Shown one piece after another: positions 51,795 to 64,000 of a stretch of 64,000 nucleotides of DNA. The DNA is from Eledone cirrhosa (lineage: Eukaryota), in contig OZ024743.1 in NCBI GenBank assembly GCA_964016885.1, positions 103,106,001 to 103,170,000 of the forward strand, in the 5' to 3' direction. The notes beneath the pieces are model-generated. The model searched no databases, was not told where the DNA came from, and worked only from the letters and a program-made list of their open reading frames with translations. A program made the position numbers and the translations under genes. The first letter of the stretch is position 1; the number at the start of each line of letters is the position of its first letter.

Positions 51795-54700
51795 TATATA
51801 CACGGCATAATGGGTGACATCCTTTTTTTATAATGTTGACTTGGTCATTTTTTGTTGGCAGACACTTAAACGCGGGTTTCCTTGGATTTGCGATAAGTAA
51901 TCATTAGACCCCTTGGGTATCATTCCTAGAGCGCCTACAACCACTGGTATTGTTTTAGTTCTCAATTTCCACATTTTTCCAATTTCTATCTCCAGGTCCT
52001 TATACGTGCTCAATTTTTCAAATGTTTTTAAAGATACATTCTTGTCTATGTGTTTGATGTGGTTATATGCTGCTACTGTTGTATCTAGAGATATATCAGA
52101 TGAAAGAATAGTATTTAACTAATGTATTCGTACGCGATGCCCCCCCCCCCCACAGCCCCGGCCGACAGAATGGAGAAGGCGTTTCCCCGGAGTACGGCAA
52201 GGGAGACGCGCTGGAAAAGCCACTCCAACTCGCGGGGCTCACACCTGCGGCTGGCCAGCTCGGCGCCTATGGTGGTGAGTAAGGAGGTAGCCCTGGGGCC
52301 GAGGACACCAGAAGTCTCCACTGCCAGGGGAACGACCGCAAACCTGTCGCAGAGCGACCGGTATTTGAGGAGTTTGGCCCCCTCAGCCCGACATGCAGCA
52401 GAACCTGGGTTAGTCGCAGACTGCACCAGGTTGCGGCTGCAGAAAGTGTCAGTGCAAGTGGCATCCCAGACGAGGGGTTTGCCACCGCGGAACGGGAAGA
52501 TGATCATGCCATCTGGCCTTTTGCCGTCCCCTCGATCTAGCCCCACCGGCTCGAGCTGGGAAGGGAAGCCTGCAGAGTCCAAGCCATGCTTAATGACCTC
52601 GTTGAGGGCAGTATGGCGTGGAATGCAGCCGGCACTGTGGCGACAGAAAAGCGGGTGGAGGCCGAAAGAGTCCACGGTGGAACCGCAGCGACATTGGTGT
52701 GGCTGGCAGATCCGTAGGCCGAGCTTCAGGGAAACGCCGATTCGCCGGCTATGGTTGTCTAGCTGCGTGCCAGTGGAGAAGGAGGGCAGGGCATGGAGAC
52801 AGGCACCACTGTGGGGTTTGGAGGCCGCACGAAAACAAGCAAGGCGGTGCTGGTTAAGCTGGCGCGTGAACATGTCGGAGGCACGGCTGCACTGGATGGC
52901 ATCCCAAGTGCGTTGGGGGGACTTGACGTCAACAGGGGGAGAAGGAGGAGGGACGTCTACTGGGCTAAGTCCCAGCCGGTCCCACGTCTCACAGGCGGCC
53001 TCACGTTCTCTGAACACAGAGGGTTCTGTTGTGTTTTGAAGAACCCTGCTGACGAGGGCGCGGCACGAGGTTACCGACGAAAGATACGCCGGCAAAGCTA
53101 GTGAGATCGGGGACCGGAGGCCAAGACCGCCATACCTGACCGGTAAAGTGGCCTGTTGCCACCCTATGTCGTCAAACTTGACGTTGCATATCCCCTCTGC
53201 TGCTGCTCGGATACAAGTCTCGAGGTCAGCGGGGAGAGATGTCTGGGTGTAGCATGGAGCGCTGCGGAGTGTATAGAGGAGCTTCGGCATGGCAAAGCAG
53301 TTCCTCGGCAGAAAGAGAGCTGAGTGGCCTTCAATCAAGCCCAGTCGGCTCGTGAGAGTCTGGAATAGTTGAAGCCTGGACCTGATGGTGGAGCGGATGG
53401 CGGGCGGGTGGATCGGTGACCCGAGGATGAGGATATCCTCTTTGGGGTCACCAGAACCTGGCGGAGAATGGACCGCACGTCCAAGACGGAGGCTGCAAAG
53501 TTCGCAGCATCGAGGCTGACGTTCACCACCTCCGACTTGGCCGAGTTGACCCGGAGACCGATTCCCGCCAGGGCAGGAATCACCGATTGAAGTTCATAGC
53601 AGACCGTCCGTACGGGCCCGCCCAACGTAGCATCATCCAGATACCAAACGTTGAGAGGGACCATGATACTCCGGGCGATGTGGTCAATACCAAGGGCGAA
53701 CAGGAGGGGTCCGAAAGGGTCGCCTTGTTGGACCCCAGTAGCTGAGGGTATGACCGTATCAGCAGCTAGAAGCATGCTCGGGTCTCCATATGACAGGTAG
53801 GCAGAGGGGGCTCGGCTGAGGCAGGCCTCGAGCAGATGATCCCGGCGTAAAGAGTTAAAGGCATTCCTCATGTCAAGCTTGACAATGAGGTGCCTGGAGT
53901 CCCTGGATGCCGGTACCGATGGACAGCTGCTGAAGAACTGCCTAATTGCATGAGCGGCTCCTTCACAGCCACCGGACACGCAGACACCCAGTTACACCGG
54001 ACTAAACTCCTCACCCAGTTCGTGTGTGACGGACTTGCAGATCACCTTGGCAGCCAGCCTCCGGAAGACATTGCCCACAGCAATGGGCCGTATGCCACCC
54101 TTGGAACGGAGATATCAATTAGCAGGCATACCCTTTTTAAAAGTCCTTCGGTATTATATCAGGTCTATTTGCATCTATTTTTCGGTCTGTTTGGATGCTT
54201 AAGATTGAGATGTGATCTTTTTCAAGTCCGGGAGGTGGTTGATGCTCCCACCAATTCTTTTGATGGGGCAGATCAAAATGCTTACACATTATCCAATGTA
54301 TGTATTGTGCAGCTCTGTCATGCCTGTTTAGGTATTCGGTTGGAGCTAGAGGACTGCACATTGAAATTATATGATCAATGGTCTCTGGTTGTTTTTTACA
54401 TACACGGCATAATGTGTTGCATCCATTTTTTATTATGTTGGCTTGGTAATATTTTGTTGGCAAACACTGATCTTGTGCTGATATAATCAGTCCTTCAGTC
54501 TCCGATTTCAGTCCAGAGGATGCCAACCACTGATGGGTTAAAGTTTTGTCAACATCAGGATTGTTAACTCTTTCTGGGTATTTTCCATACAGAGGCTTTT
54601 CTTGCCATTTCTTAGCCAGTTTCTGTAGCAGTCCTTTCTTTGCAGTTACTTTTACCTGCTTTGCTTTTTCTGTGTTTTTCATTTCAACAGTAAATGGAAC

Positions 54701-55480
54701 TTCTGAAATTTGTAGTCCATTACTGTATCTTTGTGAATCTTTTGTAATGGAGTAAGATCTTTTGATTCTTTCGTGTTTCAAAACGAGTTGATCATCCAAT
54801 CATGTGATTCCCTTAGATATGTAGATAATCCAATTGTTGTAGTTTTCAACGCAATATTTAACTGGATTAACCCACGTCCTCCTTCTTTCCTAGGGAAATA
54901 TATTCTATCTGTATCTGCCTTAGGGTGATGCATTCTGTGCATGGTTAAGAATTTTCTAATTTTTGTATCGAGCCTACGGATCTCTGTGCTTCACCAGTTG
55001 ATGACATTGTAACTGTAGGTTACTACTGGTGTGGCAAGCGTGTTTATGGCATCGATCCTATTCCTTGCATTCAATTCCGTTCTTAAGATTGCTCTTACTC
55101 TGCGGTAACATTCCTTCCTTATCCTTTCCCTCATTGTCGAGTGCTTGATTCCGTCTCCTTCACAAACACCTAGATATTTGTAAGTTTCCCCTTGATCAAG
55201 TTCTCTTATCACATTCCCCCGATCAAGATTAATGTCTGAATTTTTCAGCAACTTTCCTCTGGTGAACGTTGCTTTGGAGCATTTATCTAGTCCAAACTCC
55301 ATTTTAATGTCATCACTGAACTGCTCCACAGTGGATAATAGCCCTTGCAATATTTCGTCATTTTTGGAAAATAGTTTCAGGTCATCCATGTAGATCAAGT
55401 GATTAATGGTTTTGTCATAGACTTTATACCCATGTTTTGTTTCATTGAGCATTTTACGTATAAGTGCGATGCAGAATAAA
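51795..55480 (-). mobile_element. R4/Dong-type non-LTR element, 5'-truncated, split by a CRE insertion
   Basis: Close paralogue of 62350-63930: YMDDLKLF, LKSETEG, CRVC, RHD, RPDII, KYKDLEIEI. Confidence 0.9.
52050..54102 (-). mobile_element. CRE-clade non-LTR retrotransposon, 5'-truncated, with at least one frameshift
   Basis: GGIRPIAVG, GGCEGAAH, KLDMRNAFN, GVQQGDPFGPLLF, WYLDD, LPVRYGGLG, CRCG..H..C zinc finger, RH, RPDG, WDATC, KY, AVETSG (restriction-like endonuclease). Confidence 0.85.
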
Positions 55481-58225
55481 TTATTATTATTATTATTATT
55501 GTTCTTTGAGTCTCAGTCATTGATGTTAGTTAACTGGAAAGTTTGTTGAAATGAATATCAAGCCACTACCTGCACCCTCAGATATTCAGGACGTATCGGA
55601 GGGTTCTTGCTGCTCCCAGCAGGCATGCCTTTTGAAGGGTTCAAAAAAGCGGGGAGGGGCCAATTTTCTTTAACCATCCCTGGAAACTTTTTGAGATAGT
55701 ACCTAGTGCGCCTATGACAATCGGGACCACTTTAACTTCATGGAAGTTCCAAATCCTTTTTACCTCCCACTTTAAGTCCTGGTATCGGTTAATTTTCTCC
55801 CTCTCCTTCTCTTGCACTCTCGTGTCGAATGGGCAGGCCACATCCACAATCAGACAGGATTTTTTTTCCTTGTCCAAAACCACCAGGTCAAGTCTATTGT
55901 GTTCCAGTTTCTTGTCCGTCTGTATCCTAAAATCCCCAGCACCTTCACCTGATCGTTTTCTATCACCCACTCTGGCTTGTGCTCATACCACTTCTCAGAA
56001 TGTGGTAAATTGTTTACTTTGCATAGGTGCTAGTGGATCACCCTGCCCATCATATTATGTCTCCAGCCTTTATAGTGAGTCTGGGCTAGGTGTTTACACT
56101 CGGATACAATGTGAGCCACAGTCTCCTCCCTCTCTCCACAGATCCTGCACAGTGGGCTAGCCTCCTCCTTGTAAATATGGTGTTTCAACCACTTCGCTTT
56201 GAGGGCCTGCTCTTGCGCAGCCATTAGCATTCCTTCTGTAGCCTTTTTAAGGTCTCCTCTTTTCAACTAGTTCCATGTCTGTGGATCTCTGAATTCAGTT
56301 TTCTTAAATAAGGTACTATGAAGGGATTTTTCATGAAGGCTGCTCTTTCTCCTTGTTGTTATTTCCTCCTTGGACATCCCCTGGTCTATTGTCCTCTCCT
56401 TCAGTACAATTCTGAGCATTGGCTCCTTACTATCAGTCACGTATTTGTGTAGGTTGTTTTTCTCCATCTGAACACAGTCCTCTATGCTGATAAGACCTCT
56501 TCCGCCTTCAGATCTCCTTAAGTAGATTCTATCGACATCACTACTCTTGTGGAACATGTTGTAGATAGTCAATAGCTTCCTAGTCTTCCTATCCATTTCT
56601 TTTTGTTCAGCAACATTCCATCTCAGAATTCCCGCACTGTACCTAATAATAGACACAGCTCGGGAATTTACTGCACTTATGGCCTTCCTACTGTTCAGAT
56701 GTGACTTTAATACGCTCCTTACTCTCCGAACCCCCAAATACTTGTATCCTTCTTCAGTGTCAATTTCCTTTATCATCTCACCTGTTGGTACCTGGGGCTG
56801 GTGATTTCCAGTTGGTTAGTTTTTTGGCCTGCCCCTTAAGTGTTTCAACTGTGATACTCAAATCAGTTTGTTGGTGTGCCTGTTCACTAATCTTCTTTTG
56901 TACTGTCTCAATCCACACTGCCTGGTCATTATGTTTAACATCCTACTCCTATATTCCTCTCCAGAATGTCTTAGTTTGTTCCGCCTCAGGGATCAAGTCG
57001 TTGCCTCTTTCTTTCCCTTCAAGCTGTCCAAACAGCATTTTCTGGTTGTTGTCAAAGAGTATAGAAAGAACCGCATGTTTGACAACAACCAGTTCTGACT
57101 ATACTGACTGACTCTGCTCTCGTATCGCCTGATTTTTGCACTCTTTGCTACAATGCGTTGCTTCAGTTCCTCTATGATAATATTTAGCTTTTTCCTCCTA
57201 GTTGTGTACTTTATTTCCAGTCTATTTTTAGTGTCTATGTTTTTTAGTGTCCCATTCAGTAGGGACTCAAGCTTTCCAATATCATTTCTCATTTCCCTGA
57301 TTTGACCATTCAATCGTTTCTTCCACCAAGGTTCTGATCTTTCTTGTTTGTTGTTTCCTCTCGCTTTTATGCCAAGTAATTTCCTCACCGCATTTGCTGT
57401 TGCTTTGAGGATATTGTTGCACTGGTGAAGGCTCCTCGCCTCAAAGTATGGGATGACTTTGTTTACCTTAGCTGTTGTTTCTTTTAACTTTTTCCTGTCT
57501 ACAAATCTTAGGTTCATAGGTTTGCCACTATCATTGTTCAATTCATCTACCACTAAGTTTAGGATATCAACCAAATCTTGTCCTAGCCCGTCAGCATTCA
57601 TCTCCTCAATGGCCGTATCTTTGTTCCAGCTATTATTTATTTCAGCATTCAGATCATTGTCTGCTTCGGATGGTTCCTACGTTCTCTCAAGCTCTTCACC
57701 TTCATTTCCCACTGGCTCGTTTGCCTAGCATACTCCACTTTCCATTTCCAACCTAATCTCTCTGCTCAGTTCATCCAGTTCCAGCTCGCTTATCCACCCA
57801 TTAGTTCTTATTATCCGAGCCTGCCCGGCCAATTTTTGTTCATCTAATTTAAATAGACCAATCTCGTTCCAAATGTTATGCATCCGTTTCCTATAGCCTT
57901 TCTCCTTGGGGTTACTATTCAGGTAACATTGCATAATGGTTCTATTCAATTCTTTCGTCCAGTTGGTTCTGGTCCCTTTCCTTCTTCTTCTTCCTCCGAC
58001 ACCAGCAGTATTTGGTTGACAGCCAGGTCCCTGCTGCTGAGCCAGGGAGCTCCTGCTGGGTGAGAGTCTGTCACACGACATTCCAGTCTCCACTTCACCG
58101 TTATTCGAACTGTTTAGGTTCGACATTTAAACACTCTTATCGAGGATTGGTGAATGTATGGTTACATAACCACCGGTGACTTCATCACCCCCGGTGATTT
58201 TAGTGTGGCACTATCACTCTGTAGA
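55481..58225 (-). mobile_element. Second R4/Dong-type family, near full span but RT core deleted; (AAT)n tail
   Basis: WTKELNRTIMQCY..GYRKRM, EPWWKKRL, YKYLG, RIYLRRSEGGRGL, AAQEQAL, CRICGEREETVAHIVSEC, IQTD..HNRLDL, DVACPFD, YQDLKWE. Confidence 0.85.
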
Positions 58226-58833
58226 CGAAGATAAATAAACAAACAAATAGGCAACCCCCCCCCCCCCCCCCCCAAAAAAAAAGAATAAGCATAAGTTTCA
58301 TTGTAATGTAATGTTTGAATGTCTGACTTAGTTTTTTATTTTCCTTCTCTGTCTGTCTGTTTGTTTTTTTTTCATTTTTCTTTTCTTTACGTTTTTCGTT
58401 GCTGCTGTGGTGTTTTGATTTTGATTTTTAGTTTTTTGATTTTTTGACCGGGTCATCAAATCAGTCTATTTATATATTTTGATGCCTTCCTCTTTTAGTG
58501 GGGACACTACGATGCATGTCTTAGCAGGAGGTAGTGGGAGAGAATAGCGCCGGTAGCGATAATGAGGCAGTGGTGGTGGTGGTGGTGGTGGTGGTGGTGG
58601 TGGTGGTGGTGGTGCTGTGCTAGTAGTACTTAGCAGGAGGTAGTGCGAGAGAATAGCGGCGGTAGCGGTAATGAGGCAGTGGTGCTGGTGATGTGATCTT
58701 AGTACTGTAGTGATGGTGTTGAATTTGAAGTAGAAATAGAAGTTGAGGTAACCTGACTAGAGTTTTGGGCGTGGTAGTGGTGATGGTGGCGGTGGTGTTG
58801 GTGGTGAAATTATTATTATTATTATTATTATTA

Positions 58834-58872
<39 letters not shown>

Positions 58873-58873
<1 letters not shown>

Positions 58874-58886
58874 GTTATCCTATATA

Positions 58887-58971
<85 letters not shown>

Positions 58972-59310
58972 TATAGGATAACAAAGTATCATTTAAAGTA
59001 ATCCAGTTAGGGTTGTGAGTACTCTGTGTTGAGGATAGTTATCACGAAGTTTCCGTAGACTGGTGGTCAGTTTAAGACAGTTCCTAGGCATGTGGTTCTC
59101 GGAGTAATAATAGTAAAAGAGTGAAGAATAACATGGTCGGCTCTACAAAAAGGGTTTATTTACAGTATTAACAATTGTTTCATTAATCAGGTGAGTCTAA
59201 AAGCCGCTGATCCCCCCTCCTCTGTCTACGCTATATAGAACAGCCAAACAACACCAATCTCACCAACACCAGAAACTAGATACACCTACCCCATCACCTC
59301 TCTGTGTACA
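58873..59310 (-). mobile_element. Possible solo LTR
   Basis: Minus-strand TATATAG (~59238), then AATAAA (~59160), ending ...ATAACA. No TSD found and the upstream boundary is unclear. Confidence 0.2.
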
Positions 59311-60169
59311 CTAAACACAACAGCCAGATAACGGCAATTTCACCACCACCACTCACTACTGCCATCATTACCACCACTACCCCATCACCGCCGCCACCAC
59401 TCCTTCATTGCTACCACCGCTACAACACCATCACTACAGTAATACGATCACATCACCACCACCACTGCCTCGGTATCGACATCACCACCACCACTGTCTC
59501 AGTATCGATACCGCCGCTACTGTCTCCCACATCACCCCGCTGGCTGCTGCCACCACATTATAGAATTACTATTATAGAATTACTATTATTATTGTCTCAA
59601 ATTTTACAAAAAAATGTTTAATTCCAATTTTACGGGAATATGTCAACACAAAATATAATAAAAATATATATTAAACATACGAACACAAACTCATAGATAC
59701 TACATATCAGTAACCACAACGCCACCGCTGCCACCACCCCACCCCATCCATCATTGCTACCACTATCCCATCGTCGCCGCCACCACTCCTTCAATGCTAC
59801 CACCACTATTCCCCTGTTAACTTGAGAGAGAGAGGGGAAGGTGGCGGTATCACTAGACAAGGGAGAGGCTAGCAAAAGATATAAATAGATTGACTTAGTG
59901 ACCTGGCCACCGGCCAAACGTCAACATCAACAACTATGGGACTGCTGGCTCACCCCTTCCTCACCAACAATATAAAAAGCCCCGGCACCACCACCGACAT
60001 AGCCAACAACAATAACAGCCAACTACAACAAAAAGTATATTATATTATTGTAATGCACTGGGTGATTGCTGGCCTTGTGCCTGGAGTGGAGACAATTATT
60101 AATAATTTCATTCTTAAGCCACGCAATGCTCACATTAAGGAACCACTCATGATAATAACAATTTAAAAA

Positions 60170-63100
60170 AACAACAAAAAGAAAACCCCGTGACCAAGAA
60201 ATACCGGGATGGCGGCCGGCGGGGAATAGCCGTGTCTCTAGGGGAGAACGACCCCTCTAGTCTTGGTTGACACTCGTTCTAGAAGTGGTAACACGAAATG
60301 ATTACCCCTTGGCGGATAAGGATAAAACGCGACAAAATAAAGTAAATGTCTAATGATAAAATCTCATACCGGATCGGCCGTCACCCGGGTAAAAAAGGGC
60401 CGCGTCCCTCAGAGAGGAACCAGACTGGGGTCGAAAAATCAGCTAATGGTTCAAACCTTCCCATCACTTCGGAGCTGGAGACCTCCCATACCGGAATACT
60501 CCTACTGTTGGCCCTCCATGCTCACCACCAAGAAATCCAAAGAAAAAGAGAGAAAAATGGTCAAGGGAAGATAATAAAGAAGTCCTTGAGGCTTTCTACA
60601 CTGCCATGTACTACCCATCAAATACATCGAATACAGAACAGACATATATCAACTGGAAAAATAAACATCCCGAAAACAGAGGCTATATTGACAGTAACAA
60701 ACTAGCCAATATACGAAGAAATATTGTAAGAAAAAAGTTACTAACTGATATAGAAATTGATCAGATCAAGCTATTAGCACAAAGTCAGCGAAGGGAAAAT
60801 GAAACATGTGTCAGTGAAAACGAGGTAAACTGTAACACTTCGAATCCCAGGGTTGGGGCGGAATCACTGGCAACAGAACAAATTAAAGAAAGGATCGAAA
60901 AAGTGGAGGGAGTGCATGCTCAGGATGAAACTCCAAATGAAAATGAGATCGTAAATGATAAAGAAATGAATGAGAATGAACTTGCCAACTTGAAGGATGA
61001 AATTATGATCGAATGGATGAAAATGAAAGAATCTGACATGGGGCAACGAGACACCCTCCCTAAGATCCAGAACTCCAAACAGAACCAAAAGATAATACAC
61101 AAGACTAACATAATTCTCAAAAACATTATCATCACAAACAAACTAAACATTACTGATTTAAATCACCTCTATTATGCATCGGCTAAAGTCACCACTCACT
61201 TATGTGGAGTGAAGATGAAAAAACAAAGGAATTCCCACAAGAAACCTACTTGGCAAGAGAACATCAATCGCCAAATAAACCTTCTCCGATCTGACATAGA
61301 AATTTTAACAAACTATAAAGTAGGTGAACATGTTAAACAAACTAAACTTAGAAAATTGAAAAAAAAGTACAGTATAAAATCAACATGTGACATAGACATG
61401 CTGATAGAAATAATCAAGCAAAAAGTGTCGGCCAAAGCTGCCTGTATAAGGCGCTTTGAAAAACGATCTAGATTCTATAAGGACAATAATATGTTCAAAA
61501 ACAACCAAAGAAACTTCTACAGAAAAATTGGTAAGTCAACAATAACTGCTAAATCAATACCACCCAAGGAGGAAGTGCAAGAATTCTGGGAAAAGATCTG
61601 GGCCGAAGAAAAAGTTCATAACATACATGCCCCATGGATAGACAGACAAATGAAACATACAGCTCACCTTGAGGAACAAACATGGGAAAATATAACAGTT
61701 GAACAGTTGCGCTTGGCTCTAAGAAAAACCAGCAAATGGAAATCCCCAGGAAAAGACAAAATACAAAACTTTTGGATAAATGCCTTCACAGAGTCTCATG
61801 AGCTGTTAGCCCAACTTTACAATGAAATAGTTAAGGAGCCAGAAAAGATACCTTCATGGCTAGTTAACGGCATTACATTCCTGCTTCCGAAGAATGATGA
61901 GACAAACAATCCCAAAAATTACAGACCGATAACTTGCTTGACCACAATGTATAAAATTTTAACATCAGTCCTAACTGAATACACATATGACCACCTGATA
62001 ACAAATGACCTATTTCCCATTGAGCAGAAAGGGTGTAAACGAGGCTCATATGGCTGTAAGGATCAGCTTCTGGTTAACAAAATGATACTGGAAGATTGTC
62101 ATAATAGACACAAAAATCTATCGATTGCTTGGATAGATTATAAAAAAGCATTTGATAGTTTGCCACACAGTTGGATTGAAAAATGTTTAGAGATTTTCAA
62201 AATATCCCCCGTTGTCAGGAGGTTTTTGTCATTCAGTATGAAGACATGGAAAACGACACTCCTTTTGAATAGTGAAACAAAATCACTGGAAGCTAGAGAA
62301 GTTAATATTAATTGTGGAATTTTTCAGGGTGAGTCTTTATCACCGCATTTATTCTGCATCGCACTTATACCATTAAGTAAAATGCTCAATGAAACAAAAC
62401 ATGGATATAAAGTCTATGACAAAACCATTAATCACCTGTTCTACATGGATGACCTGAAACTATTTGCAAAAAATGATGAACAATTGCAAGGGCTATTATC
62501 CACTGTGAAGCAGTTCAGTGATGACATTAAAATGGAGTTTGGACTAGATAAATGCGCCAAAGCAACGTTCACCAGAGGAAAGCTGCTGAAGAGTTCAGAC
62601 ATTAATCTTGATCGGCGGAACGTGATAAGAGAACTTGATCAAGAAAAAACTTACAAATATCTAGGTGTTTGTGAAGGAGACGGAATCAAGCACTCGACAA
62701 TGAGGGAAAGGATAAGGAAGGAATGTTACCGCAGAGTAAGAGCAATCTTAAGAACGGAATTGAATGCAAGGAATAGGATCGATGCCATAAACACGCTTGC
62801 CATACCAGTAGTAACCTACAGTTACAATGTCATCAACTGGTCAAGCACAGAGATCCGTAGGCGCGATACAAAAATTCGAAAATTCTTAACCATGCACAGA
62901 ATACATCACCCTAAGGCAGATATAGATAGAATATATCTCCCTAGGAAAGAAGGAGGACGTGGGTTAATCCAGTTAGACATTGCGTTGAAAACTGCAACAA
63001 TTGGTTTATCTACATATCTAAGGGAATCACATGATTGGATGATCAAACTCGTTTTGAAACACGAAAGCATCAAAAGATCATATTCCATTACAAAAGATGC

Positions 63101-64000
63101 ACAAAGATACAGTAATGGACTACAAATTTCAGAAGCCCCATTTACTGCTGAAATGGAAAACACAGAAAAAGCAAAGCAGGTAAAAGTAACTGCAAAGAAA
63201 GAACTGCTACAGAAACTGGCTAAGAAATGGCAAGAAAAGCCTCTGTATGGAAAATACCCAGAGCGAGCTAACAATCCTGATGTTGACAAAACTTTAACCC
63301 ATCAGTGGTTGGCATCCTCTTGACTGAAATCGGAGACTGAAGGACTGAAGGACTGATTATATTGGCACAAGATCAGTGTCTGCCAACAAAAAATTACCAA
63401 GCCAACATAATAAAAAATGGGTACAGCCCATTATGCCGTGTATGCAAAAAACAACCAGAGACCATTGACCATATAATTTCAATGTGCAGTCCTATAGCTC
63501 CAACCGAATACCTAAACAGGCATGACAGAGCTGCACAATACATACATTGGATAATGTGTAAGCATTTTGACCTGCCCATCAAAAGAATTGGTGGGAGCAT
63601 CAACCACCTCCCATACTTGAAAAAGATCACATCTCAATCTTGTGGAACTTTAGCATCCAAACAGACCGAAAAATAGATGCAAACAGACCTGATATAATAT
63701 TGAAAGACTTTCAAAAGAGGGTATGCCTGCTAATTGATATGTCTGTTCCAATAGACAAGAATGTATCTATAAAAACATTTGAAAAATTGAGCAAGTATAA
63801 GGACCTGGAGATAGAAATTGGAAAAATGTGGAAATTGAGAACTAAAACAATACCAGTGGTTGTAGGCGCTCTGGGAATGATACCTAAGGGGTCTAATGAT
63901 TACTTATCGCAAATCCCAGGAAACCCGCGTATAGGAGAAATACAAAAGATAGTACTAATGGGAACTGCCCATATACTAAGGAAGATTCTGTCAATATAAG
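60170..64000 (+). mobile_element. Near-full-length R4/Dong-type non-LTR retrotransposon
   Basis: GC-rich 5' leader, then a single RT-CCHC-restriction-like endonuclease ORF that reaches the window end. Confidence 0.92.
60346..63999 (+). pseudogene. R4/Dong ORF (RT, zinc knuckle, PD-(D/E)xK endonuclease) with frameshift ~60555, nonsense at 63321, 8-bp duplication ~63335-63357 and frameshift ~63580
   Basis: WKSPGKD, NYRPITCL, EQKGC, WIDYKKAFDS, GIFQGESLSP, YMDDLKLF, YKYLG, CRVC..ETIDHI, RHD, RPDII, KYKDL. The paralogue at ~54515 has GGA where this copy has TGA. Confidence 0.9.

Noticed and set aside
52122-53039. 305-aa plus-strand ORF
   Set aside because: Antisense shadow of the GC-rich CRE ORF.
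63321-63323. In-frame TGA as selenocysteine or readthrough in the R4 ORF
   Set aside because: The paralogous copy has GGA (Gly) here, and frameshifts follow, so it is an ordinary nonsense mutation.

Overview
AT-rich, repeat-dominated animal genomic DNA. The SINE families, (TA)n density and transposon mix suggest a coleoid cephalopod such as an octopus (inference). No host gene can be called with confidence, so the window is probably intronic or intergenic. It contains: Penelope-like elements (PLEs) of at least three lineages (Naiad-type RT with GIY-YIG, a second GIY-YIG PLE, Hydra-type remnants); three R4/Dong-type non-LTR elements; a GC-rich CRE-type element; RTE fragments; Helitron pieces; a Chapaev3-like DNA transposon; many SINEs; and mini- and microsatellites. 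The standout is a hammerhead-ribozyme (HHR) layer of about 18 motifs read directly from the sequence. Chief among them is a 3-kb palindrome (21781-24772) built from near-identical ~561-nt non-coding monomers, each carrying an HHR. Its arms are circularly permuted and both 3' ends are anchored in (TA)n, consistent with a retrozyme-like circular-RNA parasite mobilised by PLE machinery (inference). Three unrelated elements share an atypical HHR form: long stem II, a non-Watson-Crick pair at 10.1/11.1, and a palindromic stem III. All folds and family assignments were made by eye and need computational and experimental confirmation.
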